From positions 111,848,001 through 111,912,000 of the forward strand of contig OX597819.1 in assembly GCA_951406725.2 (NCBI GenBank): a DNA stretch of 64,000 bases, given 5' to 3'. This DNA is from Octopus vulgaris. Taxonomy: Eukaryota. The notes beneath the pieces are model-generated. The model worked only from the letters and a program-made list of their open reading frames with translations. It did no database searches and had not been told where the DNA came from. A program made the translations under genes and the position numbers. Of the stretch, positions 26,468 to 39,820 are shown piece by piece (the first letter of the stretch is position 1; each line of letters begins with the position of its first letter).

Positions 26468-26699
26468 TACATACATACATACATACATACATACATACAT
26501 ACATACATACATACATACATACATACAAATATACATACATGCATATTCTTGCTAAAGAAAAATAAATTCGTACTCTACAAAAATATTGAGTAAATTTTGA
26601 GTTTAATGTAAAATTGTTTTTATTCTAATATTCCATGTGACAGGCAAAGTAACTGTTGAGAGATTTCTCTGTTAACATGAACCAATGGTAGTGTCAACT

Positions 26700-26950
26700 T
26701 ATCCATAAAGAATTTTTTATCCGTCCGCGATAATTTCCAAAATGTAACTACATGCCGATTGTTGGCGATTTTGTTTCCTCCGTCTTCCTTTTCTTTTGGA
26801 CTTTCTTCAGTCTCCTGTTTCTGAAGAAGAACTCTGCTCGAAACGTAAAACATCCTTTCTTTCTTTCTCTGAGCGTCTTATTAATACTTTGCATGTACCA
26901 CGTCCTCGCGTGGTTGTTTTTTTTCTTTTTGTCTTTTTTCTCCGTTTTTA

Positions 26951-26955
<5 letters not shown>
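26700..26955 (+). mobile_element. Family H: hammerhead-bearing, (TA)n-tailed repeat (Penelope-like pLTR or retrozyme-like)
   Basis: Collinear with 63055-63310; contains a hammerhead at 26816-26852. Confidence 0.75.
26816..26852 (+). ncRNA. Minimal type-I hammerhead ribozyme motif
   Basis: TGTTT-CTGAAGA-A-GAAC-TCT-GCTC-GAAA-C-GTA-AAACA: canonical CUGANGA and GAAA boxes, GUA triplet, 5-bp stem I, palindromic ACGU in place of stem III. Confidence 0.75.
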
Positions 26956-27009
<54 letters not shown>

Positions 27010-27023
27010 CATACATACATACA

Positions 27024-27083
<60 letters not shown>

Positions 27084-27123
27084 TGTGTATATATATATAA
27101 ATATATGTGTGAGTGTGTGTATG

Positions 27124-27169
<46 letters not shown>

Positions 27170-27251
27170 TGTATGTATGTATGTATGTATGTGTGTATGC
27201 ATGCATGTGTGTGTGTGTATGTGTGTATGTGTGTATGTATGCATTATGTAA

Positions 27252-28767
<1,516 letters not shown>

Positions 28768-28794
28768 GTGTTGACAGTGACTAAGCCATATGCT

Positions 28795-28839
<45 letters not shown>

Positions 28840-29207
28840 CACACACATCTATAGGACTGGACCCGAAACCACGTAGTTGTTTCATCGTACAGAGACATGC
28901 CTGCGCCTACTTCTGTGTGCATGCGTGTGTGTGTGTATTAATTATAGGATTCATTAAAAGCCAAGGCGCATCAACATGTAGAACGCCAGAAGTGGCTAGG
29001 TGCAATAACATAGGGTTCACAGTGAGGCAAAACAACCATGAAGGTACGATATGTCGTTAAGACATCGCTAATGTGTAAGACCAAATCTAATTTAAACTGT
29101 AGATCCGACTCAGGAGTGGTTCTAAATGCGGCGCACTTATAAAAAAAGACCACAAATTGGGATTACGACAGCTGTTTCGTAAAAGTTTACGACAAATGTT
29201 TCAGTAG

Positions 29208-29362
29208 AACATGACTACATCGATAAAATTCTGAAAGAACTGTCATATATTTTAAACTCCTTTTGTCTTCTTTTATATATGTATATATATATATAACATG
29301 ACTACATCGATAAAATTCTGAAAGAACTGTCATATATTTTAAACTCCTTTTGTCTTCTTTTA

Positions 29363-29380
<18 letters not shown>
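29208..29380. repeat. Exact ~86-bp tandem duplication ending in (TA)n
   Basis: aacatgactacatcgataaaattctg...cttttatatatgtata occurs at 29208 and 29294. Confidence 0.9.
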
Positions 29381-29412
<32 letters not shown>

Positions 29413-29418
<6 letters not shown>

Positions 29419-29695
29419 AAAGAATGAGGTAAGATGGCTTTTTTGAGGGGATAATTTTTATTTTAATCTTAATAATAATAATGTTTACAATGAGAGACTC
29501 AGGTCTGAGTTGCAAGCATCTCGTTGCCGTTTTCAAACTAAAAAATATGTTTTACTGGTTGCTTAAATAGCAAAAGATTGTTTTCTCATTTGTAAAAAAA
29601 AAAAACATTCACTGTAAACATTATTATTATTAATAATATCAAAATAAAAAATTATCCACTCAAAAAGCCATTTCTACTCATTCTTTCAAATATAT
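29413..29695. repeat. Inverted-repeat element in (TA)n (~80-bp arms)
   Basis: atttgaaagaatgag...ttttgagggggataattttta...aataatgtttaca vs tgtaaacattatt...taaaaaattatccactcaaaaagccat...ctcattctttcaaat. Confidence 0.8.
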
Positions 29696-29741
29696 ATAAT
29701 ACTCTACCAAGAACTTTCTCTTTATTATTCTACTATATATA

Positions 29742-30075
<334 letters not shown>

Positions 30076-30340
30076 TGTATCATTTCCAAATATACAAATA
30101 ATTGGTTCTTTTGCATGTAGGTGACGTTAGAGTGAGCTAATCTATTTTCAAAAGAATTCAAGCCTTGGTACCGCACATCGATATCTACGTTATCTTTTGT
30201 TATTAAGAGACAGTCAGGTATAGATTTGGCTGCCATTTTTAGCATGTAGAGCACCGATCTAGGAGTAAACTGGGTCACCTGTATATCCAGTTTGTATTCG
30301 TCAGATGCTATTTTAGAATATATGTATACACCACACACTT

Positions 30341-30372
<32 letters not shown>

Positions 30373-30471
30373 ATATGCAGATATAAGAATTTATGAACTT
30401 TCGAGAGAACAATGGCTTTGGAAGCACATAAAACTAAATAAATAATAGGTTGTAAAAGCACATTTGGAAAG

Positions 30472-30520
<49 letters not shown>

Positions 30521-30530
30521 CAACTCTCTG

Positions 30531-30562
<32 letters not shown>

Positions 30563-30756
30563 TATATAAATTATTACATTATATATTCGCCTTAAATGGT
30601 CCCTTTGCATACTGAATACTTGGTGAAATTGATTAATAATTAATTAATTTTACCCTCAATTGTTGAAATATATATATATATATATATCAATTTAAAACCA
30701 GTGGTCTAGCATATTCAAATCTGAAGATTCAGAAAAAATTACATTACATACATATA

Positions 30757-30938
30757 AGGGTTATGACCACTACGTGGACATCCATTATGCTAGAAGTAGA
30801 TCCACTATGGTCTTACCACTAAGAAAGGAATGTTGTGGCGTTTGCTAAATTTTTCTAGAGAACATCCCTTTCTTAGTGGTAATCCCATAGCGGATCTACT
30901 TCTAGCATAATGGATGTCCACGTAGTGGTCATCTCCCT
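30757..30938. mobile_element. MITE, ~78-bp TIRs, TA target duplication
   Basis: ta-AGGG.TATGACCACTACGTGGACATCCATTATGCTAGAAGTAGATCC... and its reverse complement ending CCCT-ta. Confidence 0.88.
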
Positions 30939-30943
30939 TATAT

Positions 30944-30996
<53 letters not shown>

Positions 30997-31224
30997 TACA
31001 CATACACTAGGTGTGTACTATTTATAGATATTGTATTACATAGTGTCGTCATTACCACAAAAATAGCATGTTACTTGACAAACATATCTTACTGAACATG
31101 TGTTTCTTTATGCATGTGTGAATGTATAATATTTTAGGAAAAATTCCTGATCCAGTCAGAAGAAAATATTTCTACTTTCTACAAGCATATATACATGCAT
31201 ACATTTAGATATATGTGGGCAAGT

Positions 31225-31225
<1 letters not shown>

Positions 31226-31308
<83 letters not shown>

Positions 31309-31439
31309 GTAAGTAGGTAGGTAGGTAGGTAGGTAGGTAGGTAGGTAGGTAGGTAGGTAGGTAGGTAGGTAGGTGGGTAGGCAGGTAGGCAGACAGACAG
31401 ACAAACAGACAGACAAACAGACAGACAGACAGACTGACT

Positions 31440-31501
<62 letters not shown>

Positions 31502-31558
31502 CATACATACATACAGACAGACAAACAGACTGACTGATAGATAGATAGATAGATAGAG

Positions 31559-31617
<59 letters not shown>

Positions 31618-31620
31618 GAG
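31226..31620. repeat. Compound tetranucleotide microsatellite (GATA)/(GGTA)/(GACA)
   Basis: Directly visible. Confidence 0.95.
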
Positions 31621-31624
31621 ATAT

Positions 31625-32130
31625 GTTTCTTTATTAGCCACACAGGGCTGCACACAGACAGGACAAATTACAAGGTTGAGCTTTTCTTTAGGGGGTAAAA
31701 AAAGGCGATTTGGTTTTCGATCAAAAGGGATCGTAAAGGGAAAGAAAGAGGACAAAAAAGGGGGGAATAACATTTTTTAAAAAAAGGTGGGGGAGGAAGA
31801 CAAAAAGGGAAAGGAAAAAAATTGATCAATAGGGATCGTTATCACAGAAATGTCAATATGAAGTGTAAAGGGGAGGACAGGTGAGGTTTACCCGTGGAAA
31901 GAAAAGCCTATGGAAAAGACCACGGTAACCTCGGTCAATGAAGTTACATGTTATATTTCTTTTTTTTTGCAAATAAGCAACTCTCTGTATTAATTTTTAC
32001 GGTTCATACAATCATAGTCAAGGTGGCTTCGTCATTCATACGTGCCATCCTTGCTACATTCACCCATCTTTTTTTAAAACATTCACTAGACAAAACTTGC
32101 CTCTCTACTCTCACTTTCCTCTTCAAGTGA
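31625..32130 (-). mobile_element. Tx1/L1-type LINE 3' end (ORF2 C-terminus + 3' UTR) in (GATA)n
   Basis: HLKRKVRVERQVLSSECFKKRWVNVARM resembles the Tx1/L1 ORF2 end (R...E......F...W); T-rich UTR ending AATAAAGAAA; (GATA)n on both flanks. Confidence 0.65.
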
Positions 32131-32142
32131 TAGATAGATGAT

Positions 32143-32210
<68 letters not shown>

Positions 32211-32273
32211 TACATACACAAAACATATTCATACCTTACTAGATATGTACATAAATGCACGTATACATGTACA

Positions 32274-32304
<31 letters not shown>

Positions 32305-33032
32305 TTATGTGCATCTAAAAGAATCTAAAAGAATCTATGTAACAGAATACATCGAGCATGTGTTTGTCAGAAGTCATCTATTTTTGTCGAGAGAGGCACT
32401 TAGACAACATAACAAGAGGCTGATTACCGTTCGGAGAAACAGCAGCACGCTATGTTTGTGTAACACAGGTTGCAACAACAACAACAACAACAACAAAATC
32501 AAAAATGGTAACAACAAAAACGGTAACAACAACAACAACAACAACGGCACAACAAGCTGTTGTGAGACTCTCTAATGCGGTCGAACTACATTGCCAGAAA
32601 GAACAGCCAAATGCATCTCTCGTATTACAGCCGGCTTTCTTGACACTAAGTCACACTGGATTACACAGATCGTGAAGCAAGATATACCAGGATGAAAATA
32701 TCGATGGGATTGCCGCAGCTGGAATGTCTTTTATCGTAATTGATTTTGAATTATAGAATATTTATTATAGCAGCAACGACAAATATTTAAAGAAGTCGTG
32801 TCAGGTTAGGCTGTTTTTATTACCGAGCACCGAGCCCAGCGACGTAAAGTCTTCGTTATGATGGGATGGTCACATCTGGAACATCATTTGATTATATTTT
32901 TTTCGCTTTGGGTCAGCTTCAAATTAAACTAGAATAACAACGATGACGACCAATGTATTATCAATAGTAATTAGATCAAATCATTTGATGGTAGAGATAT
33001 GAAATTTAGTGCGCTTTAAGCTATATATATTC

Positions 33033-33070
<38 letters not shown>

Positions 33071-33087
33071 GATTGATAGATGTGATG

Positions 33088-33182
<95 letters not shown>

Positions 33183-33217
33183 GTGCGTGTGTGTATGTGT
33201 GTAGATAGATAGATGTG

Positions 33218-33298
<81 letters not shown>

Positions 33299-33422
33299 TA
33301 TCCGAAATGTATAGTATTAAATATCCATCACGGCCTGGTCTTACCAATTGGTTTCGCGTAAATACAATGGAATGTTAGGTAACAAACCAATTATAGGTAA
33401 CATTATATATGTATGTATGTAC

Positions 33423-34153
33423 CTTTAACCATTTACTTGTTTCAGTCTGACTGTTGCCACGCTGGAGCACCTGGTTGAAGGATTTGTAGTTAAATGAATC
33501 GGCCCGAAGACTTTTTTTTTTAAAACCTGGTACTTATTCAATCAATTTCTTTTTTTTCCGAACCGCTATGTTGCGGGGAGGTAAACACACCAACACCGGC
33601 TGTCAAGCGGTGGTGTGACGCACACATTCACATATATATACGACGGGCTTGCTTCTTTCATCCTAAGTTTACCAAATCGACCCACAAGCCTTTGGTTGGC
33701 TCCAGGTTATAGTAGAAGATACTCGGCCGACTGAACCCGGAACCATGTGATTGGGAGGTAACGTCTTACTACACCATACATACATACATACATACATACA
33801 TCCATAATGCATGCATACATATACATATATACATATATACATACATACATACATACAAACATACATACATACATGCATGCATACATACATACATACATAC
33901 ATACATACATACTTACATACATACAAACATACATACATGCATGCATACATACATACATACATACATACATGCATGCATGCATACATACATACATGCATAC
34001 ATACATACATACATACATGTGTACATAAATACATACATACATACATGCATGCATGCATACATACATACATACATACACATACATACATATATACATGCAT
34101 GCATACATACATGCATACATGCATACATACATACATATACATACATACATCCA

Positions 34154-34185
<32 letters not shown>

Positions 34186-34699
34186 CATACATACATACAT
34201 CCATACGTACATACATACATACATACATATACATATGCATACATACATATATACATACATACATGCATACATGCATACATACATACATACATACATACAT
34301 ACATACATACATACATACATACATACATACATACATGTGTACATAAATACGTATATATGTAAACATGTATACTCTTTAACTTGTTTCAGTCATTTGACTG
34401 CGGCCATGCTGGAGCACCGCCTTTAATCGAGCAACTCGACCCCGGGATTTATTCTTTTGTAAGCCTAATACTTATTCTATCGGTCTCTTTTGCCGAACCG
34501 CTAAGTAGCGGGGACATAACCACACCAGCATCGGTTGTCAAGCAATGCTAGGGGGACAAACACAGACACACAAACACACACGTGCATATATATATACATA
34601 TACATATATACGACGGGCTTCTTTCAGTTTCCATCTACCAAATTCACTCACAAGGCTTTGATCGGCCCGAGGCTATAGTAGAAGACACTTGCCCCAGGT
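33423..34699 (-). mobile_element. Two SINE family B copies (33423-33777, 34372-34699) separated by ~590 bp of (CATA)/(CATG) microsatellite
   Basis: gactgcggccatgctggagcaccgcc, gccgaaccgctaag, cgacgggcttctttcagtttcc. Confidence 0.85.
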
Positions 34700-34706
34700 G
34701 GTATAA

Positions 34707-34737
<31 letters not shown>

Positions 34738-34864
34738 TGTTCAATAGGCAACTACTGAAGCGTCTGAAGAGCTGACAGTTTCGTGCATGGCATTCATCAA
34801 ACTTAGCAAGCCTATATATACCACATGTTCCTGTGTGCATGTGTGTGCGCGTGCTTAAGTATAT

Positions 34865-34901
<37 letters not shown>

Positions 34902-35279
34902 TACATACATACACATATACATATACACACGCACACACTCACTGTGACACACCTTGTGAGATGAATGCGCATTATCTTTTGCAGATATCAGCGAAGGGTG
35001 TAAACATGGCAACCCGGTTGCCCTACTAGAAATAACAGCCAAACACGAAATCGCCCTCGAAACCATAAATGCACCCAAGGAAACAGGGAAGAAAATAATA
35101 TATTAATACGTGCACGCGCGCGCGTGTGTGTATGTAATGATATCCCTGATATCATATGATAGTTACGGCCGGAGTGATTTTGCATAAAGTACTACTCGGT
35201 TAAGGTTAATATTGGTTTAAACAACATCAACAATAATAACGACAACAACAACAACGACATCAACATCAATAATAACGGA

Positions 35280-35497
35280 TTCAAATCTTGGTACAAGGCC
35301 AGCAATTTTGCGGGGCGGGAGTAAGTCACTTACATCGGGCCCCCAGTACTCAGCTGGTACTTATCTTATTGACCTCCGAAAGGATGAAAGACAAAGTCGA
35401 CCTCAGTGGAATTTGAACTCAGAACGTAGAGACGGACGAAACGGTTTTATGTAATTTTGTCCGACGCTTTGATTAAATAATAATAATAATAATGATG

Positions 35498-35569
<72 letters not shown>

Positions 35570-36183
35570 TTTGGGAACTATCCCTAAAGATCTGAACAGA
35601 TTAATTGAGGAAATGGGCATAAAACCCAGTTTAGTACAGCTCCGGAAAACAGTGTTAAAAGGGGCAGCTAGGATACTTAAAAGGGTTCTTGGCATCAAAG
35701 GTTAATTGTAGCTCGACGTTAGGATTCTTTTTTTCTTTTCCAAATGTCTAATCTGTTAAATATATATGAAAATAATTGTTTCTACTGGAAGCAGAAGGCC
35801 TCAAATTTAGGGGAAGTGATTAAGTCGATTGCATCGACCCCAGAGCGTAACTGGTACTTATTAAATTGGCCCCAAAAGGATGAAAGGCAAAGTCGACCTC
35901 GGCGGAATTTGAACTCAAGACGTAGCGACAGACGAGTGCTTATGAAAATAATAATAATAATAATCCTTTTTTACTATAGGCACAAGGCCTGAAATTTGGG
36001 GGAGGGGAATAGTCGATTACATCGAGCCCCAGTACTCAGCTAGTACTTTATAATTAATTGATCCCGAAAGGATGAAAAGCAAAGTCGACCTCGACGGCAT
36101 TTGAACTCAGAACGCAACGACAGGCGAAATGGTGCCGTGCATTTCGTCCGGCGTGCTAACTGTTCCGCCAGCTCGCGCCGCCT
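35280..36183 (-). mobile_element. Cluster of three SINE family A monomers (35280-35440, 35775-35935, 35965-36183)
   Basis: Each has ccgaaaggatgaaa.gcaaagtcgacctc...tttgaactca. Confidence 0.85.
35568..35775 (+). mobile_element. R4/Dong-like RLE retrotransposon 3' end, directly after (AAT)n
   Basis: 35571-35705 reads LGTIPKDLNRLIEEMGIKPSLVQLRKTVLKGAARILKRVLGIKG*, matching the RLE C-terminal GALG..PK...LQK..LLGTARILR.VL pattern. Confidence 0.8.
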
Positions 36184-36554
36184 TATCTACAGCAATGATA
36201 ACAACAACAACAACAACATTAGCATCAACAACAACAAAAACAAGAAAGCCAGTAGTAGTAGAAAGAAATACAACTCACCGTTTCACGTATTTGATTTACT
36301 CTGAGTATCACCTTGGTGTAATAGTATTACTAGAAAATTAATAGTGTCATGTAGTAGGATTTCGATGTACATACACACGGTGTGTACACATGTATATGTA
36401 TATACACACGCACACAGGGTATATGTGTATATATGTGTGTGTATATATGTGTGTGTGTATATATTTATATATATATATTTATATACACACATACACTCAC
36501 ACACAGCTCAGTGGACTTGCGGACACGACAGCAGCCCAGACAGTTCTGCACACC

Positions 36555-36862
36555 ACATTGTTGCTACTGCTGTTGCTGCTGCTGCTGCTCCTGCCGCTCC
36601 TGCTGCTTCTAGTGTTGCTGCTGCTGCTGCTGCTGCTTCTGACGACGACGACGACAATGACGGTGGCGGCGGTGGTGCGGCGACTATGATGATGAGGATA
36701 GTGATGACGATGATGGTGATGATGGTGGTGGTGTTGGTGTTAGGAACGGTAGCGGTGATGGTGCTGAGGTTCTAGTTCTGTAACGGCTATTACTACGGTT
36801 GCTGCTGCTGTTGATGCTGTCGTCGTGGGACAGCTGTTGCTGCTGCTGCCGCTCAGTTCTTG

Positions 36863-36893
<31 letters not shown>

Positions 36894-37027
36894 TGAGGCG
36901 GCAGCTTCTACTGCTATTGGGACTGTGGTTATGGAGCAGTTGCTTGTTACAGCTGATTTCGCTGCTTGCTGCTGCTGTGGCTACTCCTGCTGCCCCTGAT
37001 GACGAACATGACGACGACGATGATGGC

Positions 37028-37070
<43 letters not shown>

Positions 37071-37511
37071 GTGATGATGATGGTGATGGTGATGATGGTG
37101 ATTGTGATGATGATGATGATGATGATGATGGTGATGGTGATGATGATGGTGATGGTGATGATGATGGTGATGATGATGATGATGATGGTGATGGTGATGA
37201 TGGTGATGGTGATGGTGATGATGATGATGATGATGATGATGATGTTGATGACGATGACGACGACAGCGACGACGATGATAGCCAAATCGATGGCGACGAC
37301 GACGACGGTGGTGGTCGTGGTGGTGCTGGTGACGGCGATGATGACGCAACGACGACAGCGACCTTGGCGGCACAGATAACGATGACGACGAGAGCGATGC
37401 TGATGATGATCATCATCATCTTCATCATCATCGTCGTCGTCGTCGTCATCATCATCGTCAACATCGTTGTCATCATCATTATCATCATCATCATCATCGT
37501 CGTCGTCGTCG

Positions 37512-37550
<39 letters not shown>

Positions 37551-37700
37551 ACATCATCATCATTATCATCATCATCCTCATCGTCGTCGTCATCGTCGTC
37601 GTCGTCGTCGTCATCATCATCATCATCATTATCATCATCAACATCATCATCACGTTGTTGTTGTGAGGCGACTGCTGTAACAGCTGATGTTGCTGTTATC
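36555..37700. repeat. Large trinucleotide mosaic (GCT)/(GAT,GGT,GAC) followed by complementary (CAT,CGT)
   Basis: Directly visible; strand switch at ~37408. Confidence 0.9.
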
Positions 37701-37997
37701 AATATTGGCGCTGCAGAAACTGTGGCTGTGTAGACCCAGGTGAGCTCTGACTGAGAACGAAGACATATACGTTTAATGGTGCTTCAACCATGACTATCCC
37801 TTCCTTCTCCCAGAGAATAAATATCTAAAACAGCTTAGTCCCGCTCATCAACTAGCTTTGGAAGATTGTTTTGGCTGTTATTTCTAGCTTGTCAATGTAG
37901 AGACCATGTAGAGGCTCATTCGTTACCTACAGACGTTGTTGTAACTAATGTTGCTGTTTGATGTTGTTACTGTTGTTACTGCGGTTGTTACTATTAT

Positions 37998-38090
37998 GAG
38001 GCACCTTGAGCAAGTATCTTCTGCTACAGCGTCGGCGACGACTAAAGCCTTATGAGTGGATTTGGTAGACGGAAACTGAAAGAAGCCCGT

Positions 38091-38136
<46 letters not shown>

Positions 38137-38160
38137 TAAATATATATATATACATATGTT

Positions 38161-38195
<35 letters not shown>

Positions 38196-38430
38196 ATCTT
38201 TGTGTTTGTTGTGTTTGTTTGTGTTTGTCTCCACCTCATCACCGCTTGACCCCTGGTGTATGAATGTTTACATCTCCGTAACTTAGCGGTTCAGTAAAAG
38301 CGACCAATAGAGTAAATACTAGGCTTAAATAACGATAAGTCCTGGCGTTGATTTGTTCGACTAAAATCCTTCGAGGCGGTGCTCCAGCATGGAAACAGCC
38401 ATGCGACTGAAACAGGTAAAAGAATAAAAC
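37998..38430 (+). mobile_element. SINE family B
   Basis: caccttgagcaagtatcttct...ggaaactgaaagaagcccgtcg...(TA)(TG)...gtaacttagcggttc...gtaaaagaataaaa. Confidence 0.85.
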
Positions 38431-38459
38431 AATATGTATGTGTATATGTGTGTGTGTGT

Positions 38460-38506
<47 letters not shown>

Positions 38507-38514
38507 TATATACA

Positions 38515-39212
38515 CAGGGTGCGGTGAATATATTGTATAAATTACGCGAAAATGAAAATAAGACTGGCATCTCATTTTAACAGATATATTTACCAAAATT
38601 ACATAAAATGTTGAAATACTAATTACATAAAAATATCTTGAAATACTAAAGTAAATTTATTCAATAAAATCGTCATTGGCTTCAACCATGGCCTCCAAAT
38701 GACTTTTGAATCTCCTGTAACTCTTCTGGACGTCTCCTTGTTTAAGTTGGTGAAAGCTGCCATAATCCTTGCCTTCAGTTCATATTCGGTGTTACAAGGA
38801 GTTTTGTTGGTCTCTCGCTCAGCAGAACCCTACACATAATAATCAAGTGGATTGCAGTCTGAAGAGTTAGGTGACCAGATATTAGGGGTGATGTGGTCGC
38901 AGAAATTGCCTGACGGTCATGACTGGGTTCTCCTGCTTGTGTAGCATGAGCAGAGTCCTGTTGCCAGACATAGTCTTCCAGCAGCTAACCACATGATTTA
39001 GGGCAGTACTAACTCCTCCAGGCACTTGGTATAGGCCTCCGTGTTGAGTTTGAGGCCGTGTGGAAAGATGAATGGAGGCATAACGTCGCTATTGTTAGTG
39101 ATAACTCCAAACACCATGATGTTAAATGGATGTTTGATTTTTATCACTCTCGGTACATGTTTTGGGGACACGGTTGTTCTATGTGTTCACCATCTGATCC
39201 CAGCAGAAATTT
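38515..39212 (-). mobile_element. DD37D (maT) Tc1/mariner transposon remnant
   Basis: KHPFNIMVFGVIT..DVMPPFIFPHGLKLN, WQQDSA and WSPNSSDCNPLDYYV. D-to-D spacing counts 37 after repairing one frameshift. Terminus begins cagggtg. Confidence 0.85.
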
Positions 39213-39498
39213 ACATACATGCATACATAATACATACATATATACAACGGGCTTCTTTTAGTTTCCGCCCACCAAATTCACTCCCGAGGCCATAATAGAA
39301 GACACTTGCCCAAGGTGCCGGAACCATATGTTTGGGAAGCAAGCTTCTGAGCTCCACAACTACATCTGCATCCTTATGGATAGCTGTGTAGTTCAGGAGC
39401 TTGCTTCCCGACCACATGGCTCCAGCACCCTGGGCAAGTGTCTTCTACTATGGCCTCGGGAGTGAATTTGGTAGGCGGAAACTAAACGAAGCCCGTCG

Positions 39499-39532
<34 letters not shown>

Positions 39533-39560
39533 TGTATGTATGTATGTATGTATGTATGTA

Positions 39561-39598
<38 letters not shown>

Positions 39599-39790
39599 TG
39601 TGTTGTGTTTGTCCCCCACCACCGCTTGACAACCGGTGTCTGTGTGTTTACATCTCCGTAACTTAGCAGTTCGGTAAAAGAAACCCACAGTATTAAAAAC
39701 TGTGTACTGGGGTCGATTCGTTCGACTAAAAGCAAAACACTTCAAAACGGTGCCCCCAGCATGAAGCATGTAAACGATTAAAAGAATAAA
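39213..39790. mobile_element. SINE family B (39381-39790, +) with fold-back inverted copy of its 5' part (39213-39361)
   Basis: The arms are reverse complements and share the same two internal deletions. Confidence 0.85.
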
Positions 39791-39820
39791 AGAATGTGTG
39801 TGTGTGTGTGTGTGTGTATA

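Noticed and set aside
33669-34426. Long ORFs (up to 219 aa) of MYVC/HTYI type, and similar ones throughout the window
   Set aside because: Translations of (CATA)n, (GATA)n, (CA)n and (TA)n microsatellites, which lack stops by construction.
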